Source: Nitrospinaceae bacterium
GTDB taxonomy: Bacteria > Nitrospinota > Nitrospinia > Nitrospinales > VA-1
NCBI GenBank assembly: GCA_046754465.1
Contig: JBHHVU010000040.1
Coordinates: 1 to 29,246, forward strand
Length of the DNA stretch: 29,246 bases
Direction of reading: 5' to 3'
In this document: positions 8,712-17,320 of the stretch, piece after piece
Layout: each line of letters begins with the position of its first letter
Position numbering within the stretch: position 1 is the stretch's first letter
Position numbers and translations under genes: made by a program
Notes under the pieces: model-generated
Databases searched by the model: none
Told to the model about the DNA's origin: nothing
Seen by the model: only the letters and a program-made list of their open reading frames with translations

Positions 8712-8814
8712 GGAAAGGTAACTTTCCCTGGGAAAGGCCCGCGCCTTCATCAAATTTTTAATCATTTTATTAATTTTACACTAACTATCAAATTCACCCT
8801 AAAAGGAGAACTTC

Positions 8815-9606
8815 TTGGATTTTGCCTCCATCATAGGAATCATTTCTGGTATATCGCTTATAATTGCCGCCATTTTCATGGGGGGCGGGCTGGACAGTTT
8901 CATCAATGTTCCGGGAATGATGATTGTCTTGGGAGGAACCGTGGCCGCCTCTCTCCTCACGTTCCAAATGAAAGACGTGTTCGTGGCTTTCAAAGCCGCC
9001 CTGTTTGTCTTCTCTGAAAAGAAACTGGATCCCAATGACATGGTATCCACCATGGTCGAATTGTGCACCCTGACCCGGCGGCAAGGTCTATTAGTCTTGA
9101 GCCGGATGGATATTGAATCGAATTTTCTCAAAAAAGCGTGCAACCTCATCGCCGACGGCTCTAAGGAAGATCTGATACGGGATACTTTGAATATAGAAAT
9201 CGAATCGATGAAACAGCGGCATTTCATCATCCAGGATGTATTCAAGAAAATGGCCATCTACGCGCCTTCCTTTGGCATGATCGGAACGCTGATCGGGCTG
9301 ATTCAAATGCTTTCCAAGTTGTCGAATCCGGAAACGGTAGGACCCGCCATGGCCGTGGCCCTGTTGACCACATTTTACGGGATGATTTTATCGGCCCTGG
9401 TTTTTAATCCGATTGGTGGAAAGCTGCGATCGCGCACCATGGTGGAGGTGATCAATCTTGAGATCATTTTCGAGGGAGCCATTTCGATATTGCAGGACAA
9501 TAATCCGCTCATGGTTTATGAAAAATTATCCTCATACATACCGGCAAAACTGCGGCGGCCCATGCAGCAAAGGGTGGTCAAGCATAAATATGCTCAAAGC
9601 ACCTGA
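8815..9606 (+). CDS. motA: Stator A subunit, MotA/PomA family
   Basis: AAGGAG RBS and TTG start. FINVPGMMIVLGGT, APSFGMIGTLIGLIQML, GPAMAVALLTTFYG, NPIGGKL. Confidence 0.93.
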   Translation: MDFASIIGIISGISLIIAAIFMGGGLDSFINVPGMMIVLGGTVAASLLTFQMKDVFVAFKAALFVFSEKKLDPNDMVSTMVELCTLTRRQGLLVLSRMDIESNFLKKACNLIADGSKEDLIRDTLNIEIESMKQRHFIIQDVFKKMAIYAPSFGMIGTLIGLIQMLSKLSNPETVGPAMAVALLTTFYGMILSALVFNPIGGKLRSRTMVEVINLEIIFEGAISILQDNNPLMVYEKLSSYIPAKLRRPMQQRVVKHKYAQST

Positions 9607-9646
9607 AGCCGGCCGATTAATAAGTCTTTAGGATCTGAAGGACACC

Positions 9647-11158
9647 ATGATGTCTCGCAACAAAGCCGAATTCTATAAGGAACAAATTCGCATCCAATCC
9701 CTGTTACTGAAAAAACGCGACACCCAGTACGCCAAACAACAGGAGAGATTCAATCAGGTTCTTCAGGTCAGCCGCAAGAAGATTGATGACCTAAAACTGA
9801 AAATGAATGAAAAAGAATTGATACCCCTCGATCAAATGGACCTGACCCCTCTTTCGGTCTTATTGCCCGGGGATAAGCCCAACCACGAATCTTATTCAAA
9901 ATACCAGGAACCGGCGGCCACCGACGCTCCCCCCTTGGAAGAGGTTTCTTTAGTCCGAAAAAATCAAAAAGACCGGGACCGAAACAGCAAGTTATCCAAG
10001 GAACTCAACCAACTCAAAATAAACCTTAAATTCCTGATCAAACAACTGCGGTTGGAAAGAAAAAATAAAAGACGAAACGAAAAGGAAAAATCGCGGTTGG
10101 AAGAAGAGGTAGAGCGCCTTCGAAAAAATCCCGGGGAAATTTTAAAGTTAAAACAACAAATTTCCCACATTGAAGAGAAGTCCCGGAGTGTTCGTGAAGG
10201 ATACAAAAAACTCCAAAAAGAAAAACGCAAACTCATTACAGCCTGCCAAAAAAATCATTCCCGCGATTGGGATGCTGATAATATCCGCCTGCTCGAACTC
10301 AATCGGGAAAAAATCGGGGAATTGAAACAAGATCTGCGAACTCTCGAGGAGGAAAAGAAGCGCATAACCAAGGAACTGGATAGGGAAAAGGAACGATTCC
10401 ACACAAAGTTAAATGAGAAAATCCAACAATTGGAACGTGATTGGGGAGGCAAATTAAAGACACTGCGGGTTCGGAAGGACCGGCTGGGTCATTTCGCGGA
10501 ACAGATCATGGAAGAAGCGGAACCTCCCATATGGATGGTCACCTATTCGGACATGGCCACCCTGCTTCTTACTTTTTTTATTCTTTTATATTCCATTGCT
10601 TCCATGAATGTGCAGAAATTCAAATCCGCCATATTCCACGATAAGAAATCTTCCCTGGGCCTGCTGGAACTCGTGGACAGCACCGAGATCCAAACCAGTA
10701 TCCAGCAGTTGACAGGATTGAAGTCTACCGATATTCTGACAGAAATAAAGACCGCCGCGGAAAATCAGGCCTCACTGGAAACCGATACCAGCGCATCCCG
10801 GATCGTGGTAATAATCCCGGGGAACACCTTGTTTCAATCCGCCTCAGCCGATCTGGAAAAAAGCGGCTGGCCTCTCTTGAACGACGTGGCTCGAATTTTC
10901 AGGAAATACCCGGAATATAAAATACATATTCAGGGACACACGGACGACATGCCGATTTTCACCGAACGCTTTCCCACCAATTGGGAGCTCTCGGCGGCCC
11001 GAGCCACGGCGGTGCTTCGCTATTTCATAGATAAGGGCATCAAAGCGGAAAGGCTGACCGCAACTGGTTACGCCGACACCTTTCCCCTGGTGCCCAATAC
11101 CACCGAACTGGGGAGATCCAAAAACAGGAGGGTTGAATTTGTTCTTGAAAAAGAATAG
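9647..11158 (+). CDS. motB: Stator B subunit, MotB/PomB family, with a ~290-aa N-terminal coiled-coil extension
   Basis: TM motif WMVTYSDMATLLLTFFILLYS with the conserved Asp starts at residue 296. OmpA-like domain IQGHTDD, TNWELSAARATAV, GYADTFP, KNRRVEF. The N-terminal part is K/E/L/R-rich and heptad-like. Confidence 0.92.
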   Translation: MMSRNKAEFYKEQIRIQSLLLKKRDTQYAKQQERFNQVLQVSRKKIDDLKLKMNEKELIPLDQMDLTPLSVLLPGDKPNHESYSKYQEPAATDAPPLEEVSLVRKNQKDRDRNSKLSKELNQLKINLKFLIKQLRLERKNKRRNEKEKSRLEEEVERLRKNPGEILKLKQQISHIEEKSRSVREGYKKLQKEKRKLITACQKNHSRDWDADNIRLLELNREKIGELKQDLRTLEEEKKRITKELDREKERFHTKLNEKIQQLERDWGGKLKTLRVRKDRLGHFAEQIMEEAEPPIWMVTYSDMATLLLTFFILLYSIASMNVQKFKSAIFHDKKSSLGLLELVDSTEIQTSIQQLTGLKSTDILTEIKTAAENQASLETDTSASRIVVIIPGNTLFQSASADLEKSGWPLLNDVARIFRKYPEYKIHIQGHTDDMPIFTERFPTNWELSAARATAVLRYFIDKGIKAERLTATGYADTFPLVPNTTELGRSKNRRVEFVLEKE

Positions 11159-11591
11159 AAAGGGGAGTCTGTTCAACAAGTTGTTCACCCCCCCGCAAGA
11201 TAACCGGGGGTCCTTTCGGGTTTCACCCTCATCTGTGAATCCGGTTGAATTCACCGTGGCGGGGAAACCCGTCCAGGTTTTGGATATCAGTTCGGGAGGA
11301 GTTTCTTTTCGCAACGTTGATTTTCAGCCGGGAAGGGTCTATCCCGTAAAATTGATACTTCCTTCCGGCCCCACGGAAATCGCCGGCCGGGTGGAAATAC
11401 TCGAAAAGGACGATGACAGCTGTTGCCATTGCTGCTTCCGGGGGATGGCCCCGGGGGAGCAAGATCGGATTCACTTGTACGTACTGAACAGACAAAAAGA
11501 GGAACTGGAGGAAAGGAAAAAGAATTCACCCGATTCCAGCCCGGAGCCCGGCGCGGTCAACCCCTTGGGTCCCTCTCAGCCGGAATCGTAA
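11133..11591 (+). CDS. PilZ-domain protein (probable c-di-GMP receptor)
   Basis: RxxxR (NRGSFR) and DxSxxG (DISSGG) motifs, followed by a helix ending YVLNRQKEEL. The true start may be downstream (CTG 11169 or TTG 11181). Confidence 0.85.
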   Translation: MNLFLKKNRKGSLFNKLFTPPQDNRGSFRVSPSSVNPVEFTVAGKPVQVLDISSGGVSFRNVDFQPGRVYPVKLILPSGPTEIAGRVEILEKDDDSCCHCCFRGMAPGEQDRIHLYVLNRQKEELEERKKNSPDSSPEPGAVNPLGPSQPES

Positions 11592-11668
11592 CAGAGAATT
11601 CATCCGCCGGTTCTCCCCTATTCTCCCTTATCCCCTCCCCTGGCAACCCAGGAGAAACCATTCACCCC

Positions 11669-12301
11669 ATGGATGATTCCACCCCGGAAAACGTGAAATG
11701 GTCGGACCATGAATTGAAAATGATCCGTCACCGGGAGGTGTTTGTCCACAAACCCGCCATCGTGAAAAAGGCGGAACATTATCTGAAGATGTTCGAGCAA
11801 GCCATGGTCCAGGAACTGGCGCGAGGGGAAATACAGGTTCCCACCGGAACCAAGGTGACCCAGGGTCAGTTGGTGCGGGGAGAAAACCACAACGGGTTTC
11901 CTTTTCTTTCCCTGGACATTCCGCAGAGGTTTTCCAAAACCGAAATGTTCACCTACCGCACCTTATTCTGGTGGGGACATTACCTGGGATTTTCCCTGAT
12001 CCTGAAAGGCAATCCCCTCAACGAATATCTCGAACGGTTGATCGCCAGCCAAAAGCATGAAACCTGGTCCGGCGTTTATCTCGCCGCCGCACCCACCCCC
12101 TGGGAATGGAGCCGGTCCGAAGAAAATTTCAAAAATGTAGGACAAACCTCATCCACGGAGCTGCGTCAAACCGTCCAATCCATTGGATACATCAAGCTCT
12201 GCCGGTTTTATCCGTTGGAGGAGGAATCTTTTTTCTCCCTGGATTGGGTCTCCGCCGGGATTCAAACGTGGCGCGTTTTTTCTTCCATTACAGGATCATG
12301 A
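11669..12301 (+). CDS. Conserved hypothetical protein (210 aa)
   Basis: Globular composition from the ATG at 11669; the longer ORF overlaps the PilZ gene. Motif-like core RGENHNGFPFLSLDIPQRF...YRTLFWWG. Function not recognised. Confidence 0.75.
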   Translation: MDDSTPENVKWSDHELKMIRHREVFVHKPAIVKKAEHYLKMFEQAMVQELARGEIQVPTGTKVTQGQLVRGENHNGFPFLSLDIPQRFSKTEMFTYRTLFWWGHYLGFSLILKGNPLNEYLERLIASQKHETWSGVYLAAAPTPWEWSRSEENFKNVGQTSSTELRQTVQSIGYIKLCRFYPLEEESFFSLDWVSAGIQTWRVFSSITGS

Positions 12302-12350
12302 CCCGGATGGGAGGAGCCCCCCAATCCAGGTGGAATATATTTCCAGCCTG

Positions 12351-12971
12351 TCAGGATTCCAAAAATTCCATCACCACTTGCCTGGCCCGGGTGAGGATGG
12401 GTTCGCCATCACCCACCAGAATTGATTCAAAATCATAATCCTTTAAAATTCGCAATCCCTCTTTCGCTTTCCGGATATCCCGGTATTTATCCGGAGGCAG
12501 TAAGTTGACTTTTCCTGGAATCTTGCCGATCAGCGCATCCCCCACAATCAAAATTTTTCTGGCCTCCAAAAGGAAAGCCGATTCCCCCGGTGATTTTTGG
12601 TTTTCAAGGTGGATGACTTTAAGGCCGCAAACAGGGGTGTCTCCCCCCTGGAAAGTCGCATCGGGGACGAACTCCAGCAACTCCCTATCCTTTTCATGAA
12701 TATAAATGGGGAGGGACCATTTTGCTTTCAACCCCAGGCTCATTCGATCGTGGTGAACATTGGTCAGCAAAATGGCTTTTAGGGGATGGGTGGAATTTTC
12801 AGAAATCAGGGTCTCCAATTCCTTCATCCCCGTCTCATCCAGATCGGGAGGATCGATAATCACCGACTCACCTCCATGCAGGAGATAATATCCGTTAAAG
12901 TTCATTTCCTTTTCATCAGAATATTGTGGCCAGGAAAATATTCCTGGTAAGATTTCACTCAAGACCGTCAT
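12351..12971 (-). CDS. Metallo-beta-lactamase-fold protein with non-canonical metal ligands
   Basis: RBS GAGGA. VIIDPP, ILLTNVHHDR, IYIHEKD, QKSPGE, IVGDAL and LVGDG align with MBL motifs 1-5. Confidence 0.8.
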   Translation of the reverse strand: MTVLSEILPGIFSWPQYSDEKEMNFNGYYLLHGGESVIIDPPDLDETGMKELETLISENSTHPLKAILLTNVHHDRMSLGLKAKWSLPIYIHEKDRELLEFVPDATFQGGDTPVCGLKVIHLENQKSPGESAFLLEARKILIVGDALIGKIPGKVNLLPPDKYRDIRKAKEGLRILKDYDFESILVGDGEPILTRARQVVMEFLES

Positions 12972-13075
12972 TGTCGTTCCTCATTCAAGATGGATAACCC
13001 AGCGGCCTCATTGCCGCACCGATTCTCTTAAAGCGGCGTGTCGGGCGGGCCGTCTCTCCCTACAAAGTCCCCGGC

Positions 13076-13627
13076 TCATTCAAGAATCCCCACCAGGGGA
13101 TGCATCCAGGCCACCTTGGCTAATGGCAGAACCGTTAATCGATCCGGGTCACAGAGTTTTTTGAGAAAAATCATTCCATGCGAAAACGGAGCGATGGGCG
13201 ACACCCGGCTTTCGGGAACATGCAGGGGAGTCGGCGTCATGAAACTTTTTCTTCTTTTGGGACTTCCTCCCCCCTTTCCCATGGAGGACCCGATGACGGC
13301 GGTCCCATCGGTCTGAAGATCATTTCGGACCACGCGGCGCACCAATGGTACCCCTCCCTTTCGTCCAATGGAATAAACCTGGTTCCGGGCTTCCGCCAGG
13401 GCGGCCCCCCTCGAGAAGACAGCGGTCATTCCCATTTTTAAAACCGGAGCCATGTTTTCATCCTCGATCACGACCCCATAACTTGGATCAGGAATTTTTA
13501 AAGACAGGGGAATCCGGATCGAAGGGAAGAGACTCAGGTCCACACCGTCTTCTCCCAAATCGAAACCCTCCCTGAACGGGGGGGAGGAAAACCTTATCAG
13601 GGGAACAGCAATGACCGGATTTTTCAT
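13076..13627 (-). CDS. Putative peptidase S24/LexA C-terminal-domain-like protein, catalytically degenerate, no HTH
   Basis: AVPLI..., YGVVIEDENMAPVLKMGMTAVF (cf. FALRVxGDSMxP), PLVRRVVR (cf. TVKRL), IFLKKL..., LAKVAWMHPLVGI. It is the longest ORF in the gap and is co-oriented with the MBL gene. Confidence 0.6.
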   Translation of the reverse strand: MKNPVIAVPLIRFSSPPFREGFDLGEDGVDLSLFPSIRIPLSLKIPDPSYGVVIEDENMAPVLKMGMTAVFSRGAALAEARNQVYSIGRKGGVPLVRRVVRNDLQTDGTAVIGSSMGKGGGSPKRRKSFMTPTPLHVPESRVSPIAPFSHGMIFLKKLCDPDRLTVLPLAKVAWMHPLVGILE

Positions 13628-13829
13628 GACCGCCTGTGTTTATTAATGAAACCGGGCCGGCCGAAAATTGTCCCGCCCGATCCCATTTTTCCCGTAAAAA
13701 GGGAAGCGCGGGAGCATTTCAATGGGACTGTTTTACGGAATCATTTTACACCTCCGGCTTACAAAAAATGCGAAAATAGTCGGCAGACCAACTCTTCTAC
13801 CTCGCATCGACGCTGGATACCAACCCTCT

Positions 13830-15137
13830 ATGAATGTTCCGACGATTAAGGAAGCCCTCGACTATCTTTATGGACTCCACCCGGGCGGAATCAAATTAGG
13901 ATTGGAAAACACGCGCCATCTGCTCCGCCATTTCGGCGACCCCCAATTAAAAGCCCGAACCATTCACATCACTGGCACCAACGGGAAAGGGTCTACCGCG
14001 GCGTTCGCCGAGTCCATTCTGCGCATCGGAGGTCACCGCGTGGGGCTCTATACTTCCCCCCATCTTTTTCACTTTAGTGAACGGATACGTGTAGACGGAT
14101 CCCCCATTCAGGAGAAGGAACTGGCGGAAGGGGTCTTCCGAATCAAACAGGCAGTGGAGGCATTAAAAATCAACGTCACTTTTTTTGAATTCAGCACCGT
14201 TTTGGCCTTTCTTTATTTCCAGGAGAAAAAAACCGGCTGGAACGTGATCGAGGTGGGTCTGGGAGGCCGCTTGGACGCCACCAATCTTTGCCAGGCGGAA
14301 ATTTCTATCATCACCTCCATCGGACTAGACCACACACAGTACCTGGGGACCCGGCTGGAGGGCATAGCTTATGAAAAGGCCTTTATTATCAACAATTACG
14401 GTACGGTTTTTGCTCATATAGAAGATAACGCCGCATTGGATGCCGTAAAAAAGCTGGCCCAGGAGCGATCGGCCAAACTCCTTCGGTTTGGGGAGGATTT
14501 CCATGCCGAATTGAGAACCCATCATCCGCGGGGCCAGACAGTTGATTTTTCCTTCAAGGATCATCACTTGCGGAACCTGGTCCTTCCCCTGATCGGGCGG
14601 CATCAGGTGACTAACGCGTCCCTGGCCCTTGCGGCTTGCCTGGAGGTGAATTCCAGAGACCCAAAATTTGATGAAACGGCAATCCGCCGCGGCTTGAATG
14701 CAACCCGCTGGGAAGGCAGGTTGGAGGTGGCCGCAACGAACCCCACCGTCATTCTGGACTGCGCCCATAATCCCGACGGGGTCATAAAATTGACGCAGAC
14801 GGTGCGGGAATATTTCTCATATTCCCGGATTTTCCTGGTTCTCGGAGTGATGAAGGACAAACCCATCGATCGGATGCTTGAGATTTTTTCTGAATTCGCG
14901 GATCGGTTCATTTTGGTAAAACCCGCCCAAGAGCGGAGCGAGGACCCCCGGGTTCTCATGGATTCCTTGAGAAACCGCTTGGCCTGCCAAAAACCCATTG
15001 ATATTGTTGAACAAATTCCATATGCTTTGCATAAAGCCAAACAAGCCGCAAATTCAGAAGATCTCATCTGCGTCACGGGGTCTATTTTCACGGTTGCCGA
15101 GACCAAGCGTAGCCTTGCCAATGAAGCATTTTTTTAA
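13830..15137 (+). CDS. folC: Bifunctional folylpolyglutamate synthase/dihydrofolate synthase
   Basis: IKLGLE, HITGTNGKGS, YTSPHL, EVGLGGRLDATN, SIGLDH, WEGRLE, LDCAHNPDG, VTGSIF. Start placed at ATG 13830. Confidence 0.96.
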   Translation: MNVPTIKEALDYLYGLHPGGIKLGLENTRHLLRHFGDPQLKARTIHITGTNGKGSTAAFAESILRIGGHRVGLYTSPHLFHFSERIRVDGSPIQEKELAEGVFRIKQAVEALKINVTFFEFSTVLAFLYFQEKKTGWNVIEVGLGGRLDATNLCQAEISIITSIGLDHTQYLGTRLEGIAYEKAFIINNYGTVFAHIEDNAALDAVKKLAQERSAKLLRFGEDFHAELRTHHPRGQTVDFSFKDHHLRNLVLPLIGRHQVTNASLALAACLEVNSRDPKFDETAIRRGLNATRWEGRLEVAATNPTVILDCAHNPDGVIKLTQTVREYFSYSRIFLVLGVMKDKPIDRMLEIFSEFADRFILVKPAQERSEDPRVLMDSLRNRLACQKPIDIVEQIPYALHKAKQAANSEDLICVTGSIFTVAETKRSLANEAFF

Positions 15138-17301
15138 AATAAATATCATCTGCTGGATAATAATAATCTTTCTCGCCGCCAAAGGCTTTGCCCAAACCCT
15201 TCCACCATCCAATAAAAATGTTAGCCCCGCCGACAAAAAACCCATTGATATCACCGCCGACCATGTGGTCCAGGAGGGGGAAAAGGACATCATCAGGGCC
15301 TGGGGGGGGGTGGTCATCCATTTCGAAAACCGGGTCCTCCGGGCCGACAAGGTCATTCTCAACAACAAAACCGGAATCGGTGAAGCCAAGGGCCATGTGA
15401 TCGTGGACCAGGATGACGGCACCCACATCAGGGCGCAACGAAGCCGATTCAACATTAAAACCAAAAGAGGCAAGGCATTCCAGGTTTTTGGAAAGATCGC
15501 CCCCAATTATTATTTCAAGGGAAAGGAAATTACCCGGCTTTCGGAAAATCATTACAAGCTGAAAGATTCTTCCCTGACCACCTGCAAAGGCCATTTACCC
15601 GACTGGATGTTCCAGGCCAGCAAGGTGGACCTGATCACCAAGGACCGCGCCCTGTTCACCAGCGGAATATTCAAAATAAGAAATATCCCCATCCTGTATT
15701 TTCCCGTGGGTTACATTTCCATCAACCGGGAACGAAAAAGCGGGTTATTAATCCCCGGTTTCGGACTCAGCAATACCGATGGATTCACCTTCAAACCCAT
15801 CTATTACTGGGCCATCAATTCCTATTCCGATGCCACCATCGGGGTGGAATATTTACAAAACAGAGGGGTGCGGCCTGATATCGAGTACCGTTATACTCCC
15901 AGCAAAACCACCAGAGGTGAATTCCGCGGAACCTATTTAAAAGATAAGCAGACCAACGGCACCTTCTGGAAAGTGGACATGACCCATGAACAGAAGCTTC
16001 CCGGAAACTATCAACTGAAAGGCAAACTCGATCTGGAAAGCGATTCCAGCTTCAATAAAACGTTCGCCAACAATACAAACCAGCGAACCCGGCGCAACTC
16101 CGATTCCTTCGCCAACATTACCAAAAGCTGGACCAACAGCAGCTTGGATATTTTAACCCGGTTCCGTGACAGCACCGAGGGAAACCGCGATGACACCTTT
16201 GGCCAGTTGCCCCAAATAACCTACAAAAGTCAGCGTCAGCCCATACGCGGAACATCTTTCTTTTTCAATCAGGATACCAGTTTCACCTCTTTCCTGCTGG
16301 ACCTCAATCCCGACCCGGTGGTGGATGACGATTTCCAGGTTCAACGAATTGACTTTCATCCACAGTTTTCCCGTCCCTTCCATATTGCCCAGTGGCTGGC
16401 ATTTACCCCCACCCTTGGCTTGCGGGAAACCCTTTACAGCCAAGGGATCGGAAAAAGCAAGAATCGTCTTTCCGCGTTTTCCCGGGAAATTTTTGACGTC
16501 AACGCCGTGATCGAAGGCCCGAAGTTCAACAAAATCATTAATACTGGAAGCTCACGCATCCCACGGCTCAAGCACGTCATCGAACCTCGCGTTTCCTATG
16601 ATTTCATTCCCGATGTCGACGGAGAGGACCGGGACCGGATCCGAAGAATCGATGCCATCGACACCGTCGATCCCCTGAGCCGGTTCACTTATTTCCTGAC
16701 CCAAAGGTTGCTGCAAAAAGAGGCGCTCCCCGGGGGAGGATTTCAAACCAAGGAGATCGCACGTTTCGAGGTCAGCCAATCTTATAATGTGCGGGAAGCC
16801 ACCCGGGCCAAATCCTCTGGAATCAAACTTCGCCCCTTTTCCGACTTGCGGTTTGACCTCGACAGCCGCCCACTCCAATCGTTATTGATCAATGTCGATG
16901 CGACCTACGACGCGTACAAAAACTGGGTCAAAACCCTGAATTTCGAGGTCGGGATAAAGCCGACCGACAAGATATCATTCTTTGTGGAAAGACGATTCAC
17001 CCGAAGGCAGTCCACCTTCCTCGTGGGATCCCTGTTCTGGTCCTTCCTCCCCGGATGGCAAATGAAAGCGACCACCCGGTTCGACGAGTTGACGCAGACA
17101 TTTCGTGAAAACGATTTTAGCTTGTTGTACGATGACAAATGCCAGTGTTGGGGTTTCGGCCTCGATTTTATCAAGCGCAAAATTATCAGTAATGGAATCA
17201 ATCGGGACGAAACCAGATTTCTTTTAACCATCACCCTTCGGGGCATCGGTACGGAAAAATTCGGCAGAAAAGACATGCGCCATATCCACCGGACTTTTTA
17301 A
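15121..17301 (+). CDS. lptD: LPS-assembly outer-membrane protein LptD
   Basis: Signal peptide MKHFFKINIICWIIIIFLAAKGFAQ. OstA-like N-domain (IDITAD, LRADKV), TTC...PDW, RKSGLLIP, YYWAI, LKHVIEPR, and C-terminal CQCW...LTITLRGIG beta-barrel features. Confidence 0.92.
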   Translation: MKHFFKINIICWIIIIFLAAKGFAQTLPPSNKNVSPADKKPIDITADHVVQEGEKDIIRAWGGVVIHFENRVLRADKVILNNKTGIGEAKGHVIVDQDDGTHIRAQRSRFNIKTKRGKAFQVFGKIAPNYYFKGKEITRLSENHYKLKDSSLTTCKGHLPDWMFQASKVDLITKDRALFTSGIFKIRNIPILYFPVGYISINRERKSGLLIPGFGLSNTDGFTFKPIYYWAINSYSDATIGVEYLQNRGVRPDIEYRYTPSKTTRGEFRGTYLKDKQTNGTFWKVDMTHEQKLPGNYQLKGKLDLESDSSFNKTFANNTNQRTRRNSDSFANITKSWTNSSLDILTRFRDSTEGNRDDTFGQLPQITYKSQRQPIRGTSFFFNQDTSFTSFLLDLNPDPVVDDDFQVQRIDFHPQFSRPFHIAQWLAFTPTLGLRETLYSQGIGKSKNRLSAFSREIFDVNAVIEGPKFNKIINTGSSRIPRLKHVIEPRVSYDFIPDVDGEDRDRIRRIDAIDTVDPLSRFTYFLTQRLLQKEALPGGGFQTKEIARFEVSQSYNVREATRAKSSGIKLRPFSDLRFDLDSRPLQSLLINVDATYDAYKNWVKTLNFEVGIKPTDKISFFVERRFTRRQSTFLVGSLFWSFLPGWQMKATTRFDELTQTFRENDFSLLYDDKCQCWGFGLDFIKRKIISNGINRDETRFLLTITLRGIGTEKFGRKDMRHIHRTF

Positions 17302-17320
17302 TCCCAAAAGGAAAGGATCC

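Noticed and set aside
8815..11158. Zorya (ZorAB) anti-phage system
   Set aside because: The A subunit is normal PomA length with no tail, and no zorC/D/E-like helicase or nuclease genes are adjacent.
15302..15310. G9 tract in lptD (also C8 at 1592-1599 and T10 at 2871-2880) as phase-variation sites
   Set aside because: The reading frames are intact, lptD is normally essential, and there is no evidence of length variation.
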